Origin: Escherichia phage AV119
Direction: 5' to 3' (one strand)
Length of the DNA: 64,000 bases
Sequence record: OR352949.1
Every line of letters starts with the position of its first letter. Within the stretch, counting starts at the first letter, position 1. The notes below the pieces were generated by a model. That model had not been told where the DNA came from and ran no database searches. It was given only the letters and a program-made list of their open reading frames with translations. Shown here in pieces: positions 62,053 through 64,000 of this stretch. The translations under genes and the position numbers were made by a program.

Positions 62053-63479
62053 TAAAATTTTAATTCATTTGCCAAAGCATCTAACTGAGCTCGAGCTGAT
62101 TCGTTTCTTTGATAGCGATTCTGTTCAGCCTGAATCTGTTGTGAACCTGCTACTTCACTCACTTCGGTTGGAGTAGAATCTTGTTCAATTTCTACCCATT
62201 TTTGATTTCCTTTTTGAACACCCATCAAAAACTTATTCCACTTATTCTTATCACCATATCGTGATTTGATTTGCTTAATAAGTTGTTGTTCAGCAGCTGC
62301 TAGCTCCTCAGTTTCAATGACCGCAAGCATAAAATCAGCTGTTGCTGGAAGACCAGCAGATTCTGCAATATCGCTCATGTTAACATCGGAAGAGTCCCAA
62401 GCTTGTTTACCGACCTGTGCTGCAGTCCAAAGAACAGTTTCGGTTTCAACAGCCAGAGCACGCAATTCCTCTGCGATAGCTTTAACAGTTGTGTAACTAT
62501 TTTCTGAATAAACTCGGATGCGACAAGATTTACAAATACCCAGATAGTCGACAATAATGATTGTTGGAACAAAATTCTTCTTGAGCTTTAATTCATTTAA
62601 AAGTGATCGAAATGTATTAGCGTCTGCTCCACCAGTAGGATATTGCTTAACGATTAAACGACCAAGGGTAGATTTCTCACGCCATTTTTCCATTTTTCCT
62701 TTATATTCAGCGTAAGAAATATGCCCATCATCAATGTCATCAAGAGAAACATCAAGCATATTAGCATCAATACGCTTAGCACAGACTTCTTCTGCCATTT
62801 CCATGGAAATATAAAGAACATTATGTCCGAGCTGTAAATAATCTGCCGCTAATGAACACAATCCTAATGATTTACCAACGTTAACGCCAGCCATTAAAAC
62901 GTTCAGTGTTCCAGTCTCAGCTCCGCCTTTAGTAATTTTGTTTAGAATTCTGAGTTTAAATGGAACCTTACGAGCTTTATTCATATAAGATAGCCAACGC
63001 GCTTCATAGTCATCCATCCAATCATGACCAACGTAGCTATCAAATGAAATTGATAATGCTTGGCGCATGATGTCAGGAATAGCACCTACATCTGGCATTT
63101 TCTTATTTCGTTTTTCCGGAGGAAGCTCAGCATTAGTTTGAATTTCGATTATTTTAGACGTAGCATTAAACATCGCCCTTTGCTGAACATATTTTTCTGT
63201 TTCTTTTATTAACCAACTGTGGTCTTCTGGAGAATCAGCTAGTTTTGAAATAAGTGTTTTTACACCAGAATATTCTGTTTCAGTAAATGAACTATTTTCT
63301 AATGCAACATTTAACGCATTAATAGATGGAACGCTATGATACTCATTGACATGAGATTTAATTAATTTGAATGTATTTTTAGCTGGACCACTTTCAAAAT
63401 ATTCTGAATCCATATATGGCCAAACTTTTGAAAAATAAGCTTGATCAAATATGAGATGAGAAAGAATAATTTCTACCAC
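62052..63479 (-). CDS. 41: replicative DNA helicase gp41 (DnaB-like)
   Basis: 475 aa; Walker A GVNVGKS; matches T4 gp41. Confidence 0.95.
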   Translation of the reverse strand: MVEIILSHLIFDQAYFSKVWPYMDSEYFESGPAKNTFKLIKSHVNEYHSVPSINALNVALENSSFTETEYSGVKTLISKLADSPEDHSWLIKETEKYVQQRAMFNATSKIIEIQTNAELPPEKRNKKMPDVGAIPDIMRQALSISFDSYVGHDWMDDYEARWLSYMNKARKVPFKLRILNKITKGGAETGTLNVLMAGVNVGKSLGLCSLAADYLQLGHNVLYISMEMAEEVCAKRIDANMLDVSLDDIDDGHISYAEYKGKMEKWREKSTLGRLIVKQYPTGGADANTFRSLLNELKLKKNFVPTIIIVDYLGICKSCRIRVYSENSYTTVKAIAEELRALAVETETVLWTAAQVGKQAWDSSDVNMSDIAESAGLPATADFMLAVIETEELAAAEQQLIKQIKSRYGDKNKWNKFLMGVQKGNQKWVEIEQDSTPTEVSEVAGSQQIQAEQNRYQRNESARAQLDALANELKF

Positions 63480-63488
63480 ACTTACTCC

Positions 63489-63833
63489 TTAAAAGAATTT
63501 AAATTTTTTCTTTGACCTTTTATTAAATGCATCTTGTAGTTGCATTGTAATACATTTTTCTACATGAGGAGCTAACTCAGCTTTTCTTTCTTGGTCAAGA
63601 ACAGCAAAGTCCATTACAACCTTTCCATCAACCCAATCCAGTTTAGTTACATACACTATATGTGTAGAACCATCTTCTAGTTTAATGACAATCTCCTGGA
63701 TAACATTTTCCATAGCAGATTTAATTATCTTAAGAGACTCATTAAAAAGACGTTCTTTTCTTTCTTCTTCCCCCTCCGAAGAGGGGGATTCATCGATAAT
63801 TTCTAGATCTAAATCTAAATCATCTTTATTCAT
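63489..63833 (-). CDS. 40: gp40 head vertex assembly chaperone
   Basis: 114 aa from ATG 63833 (ORF track GTG at 63851); position between uvsX and 41. Confidence 0.75.
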   Translation of the reverse strand: MNKDDLDLDLEIIDESPSSEGEEERKERLFNESLKIIKSAMENVIQEIVIKLEDGSTHIVYVTKLDWVDGKVVMDFAVLDQERKAELAPHVEKCITMQLQDAFNKRSKKKFKFF

Positions 63834-64000
63834 TAAATTCTTCCATATCACTTAACTGTTCGAGGTCAGTTTCTAAATCAGCAGCTGATTTACTTTTACT
63901 TTCTGGAGATTTAAATTTTTCAACCTTTGAGTTAATCAATTCATCAACTTCAGCTTCAACAATTTCATTGCTATCAATAGCACCTAACTGATAAGCACGT
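63826..64000 (-). CDS. uvsX: UvsX recombinase, C-terminal fragment (5' end beyond window)
   Basis: open frame from window edge ending ...LSDMEEFNE stop at 63826; overlaps gene 40 start. Confidence 0.7.
   Translation of the reverse strand, partial: RAYQLGAIDSNEIVEAEVDELINSKVEKFKSPESKSKSAADLETDLEQLSDMEEFNE

Overview
This window is a collinear segment of a T4-like (Tevenvirinae) myophage genome, identified by reading the ORF translations against remembered T4 protein sequences, lengths and gene order; no database search was run. Minus strand (early/middle genes), low to high coordinate: 30.2/30.3-like ORFs, rIII, 31, cd, pseT, alc, rnlA (63), denA, nrdB (interrupted by a group I intron carrying an HNH endonuclease), nrdA, td, frd, 32, 59, 33, dsbA, rnh. 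Plus strand (late genes): long tail fibre block 34-35-36-37-38 and holin t. Minus strand again: asiA, arn, motA, 52, ac, stp, ndd, denB, rIIB, rIIA, 39, cef, motB, dexA, dda, srd, modA, modB, mrh, soc, 56, dam, 61, 61.x ORFs, dmd, 41, 40 and the 3' end of uvsX. Differences from the T4 reference as I recall it: td is intronless; the nrdB intron carries a full-length 269-aa HNH endonuclease; gene 39 is one uninterrupted 605/606-aa ORF (no gene 60 split or mobA); gp37/gp38 are of the T2 type (gp38 a glycine-rich adhesin); a 119-aa ORF sits between frd and td; and a 186-aa nuclease-like ORF plus an opposite-strand small membrane ORF sit between dam and 61. The last two are the best candidates for something undescribed, but I cannot confirm from memory that T4 lacks them. 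No rRNA, tRNA or CRISPR array was found. Many minus-strand early-type promoters (GTTTAC -35, TATAAT-like -10), three TATAAATA late promoters and several GC-rich tetraloop terminator hairpins are visible. Start codons taken from the ORF track may be TTG/GTG and are uncertain unless stated.
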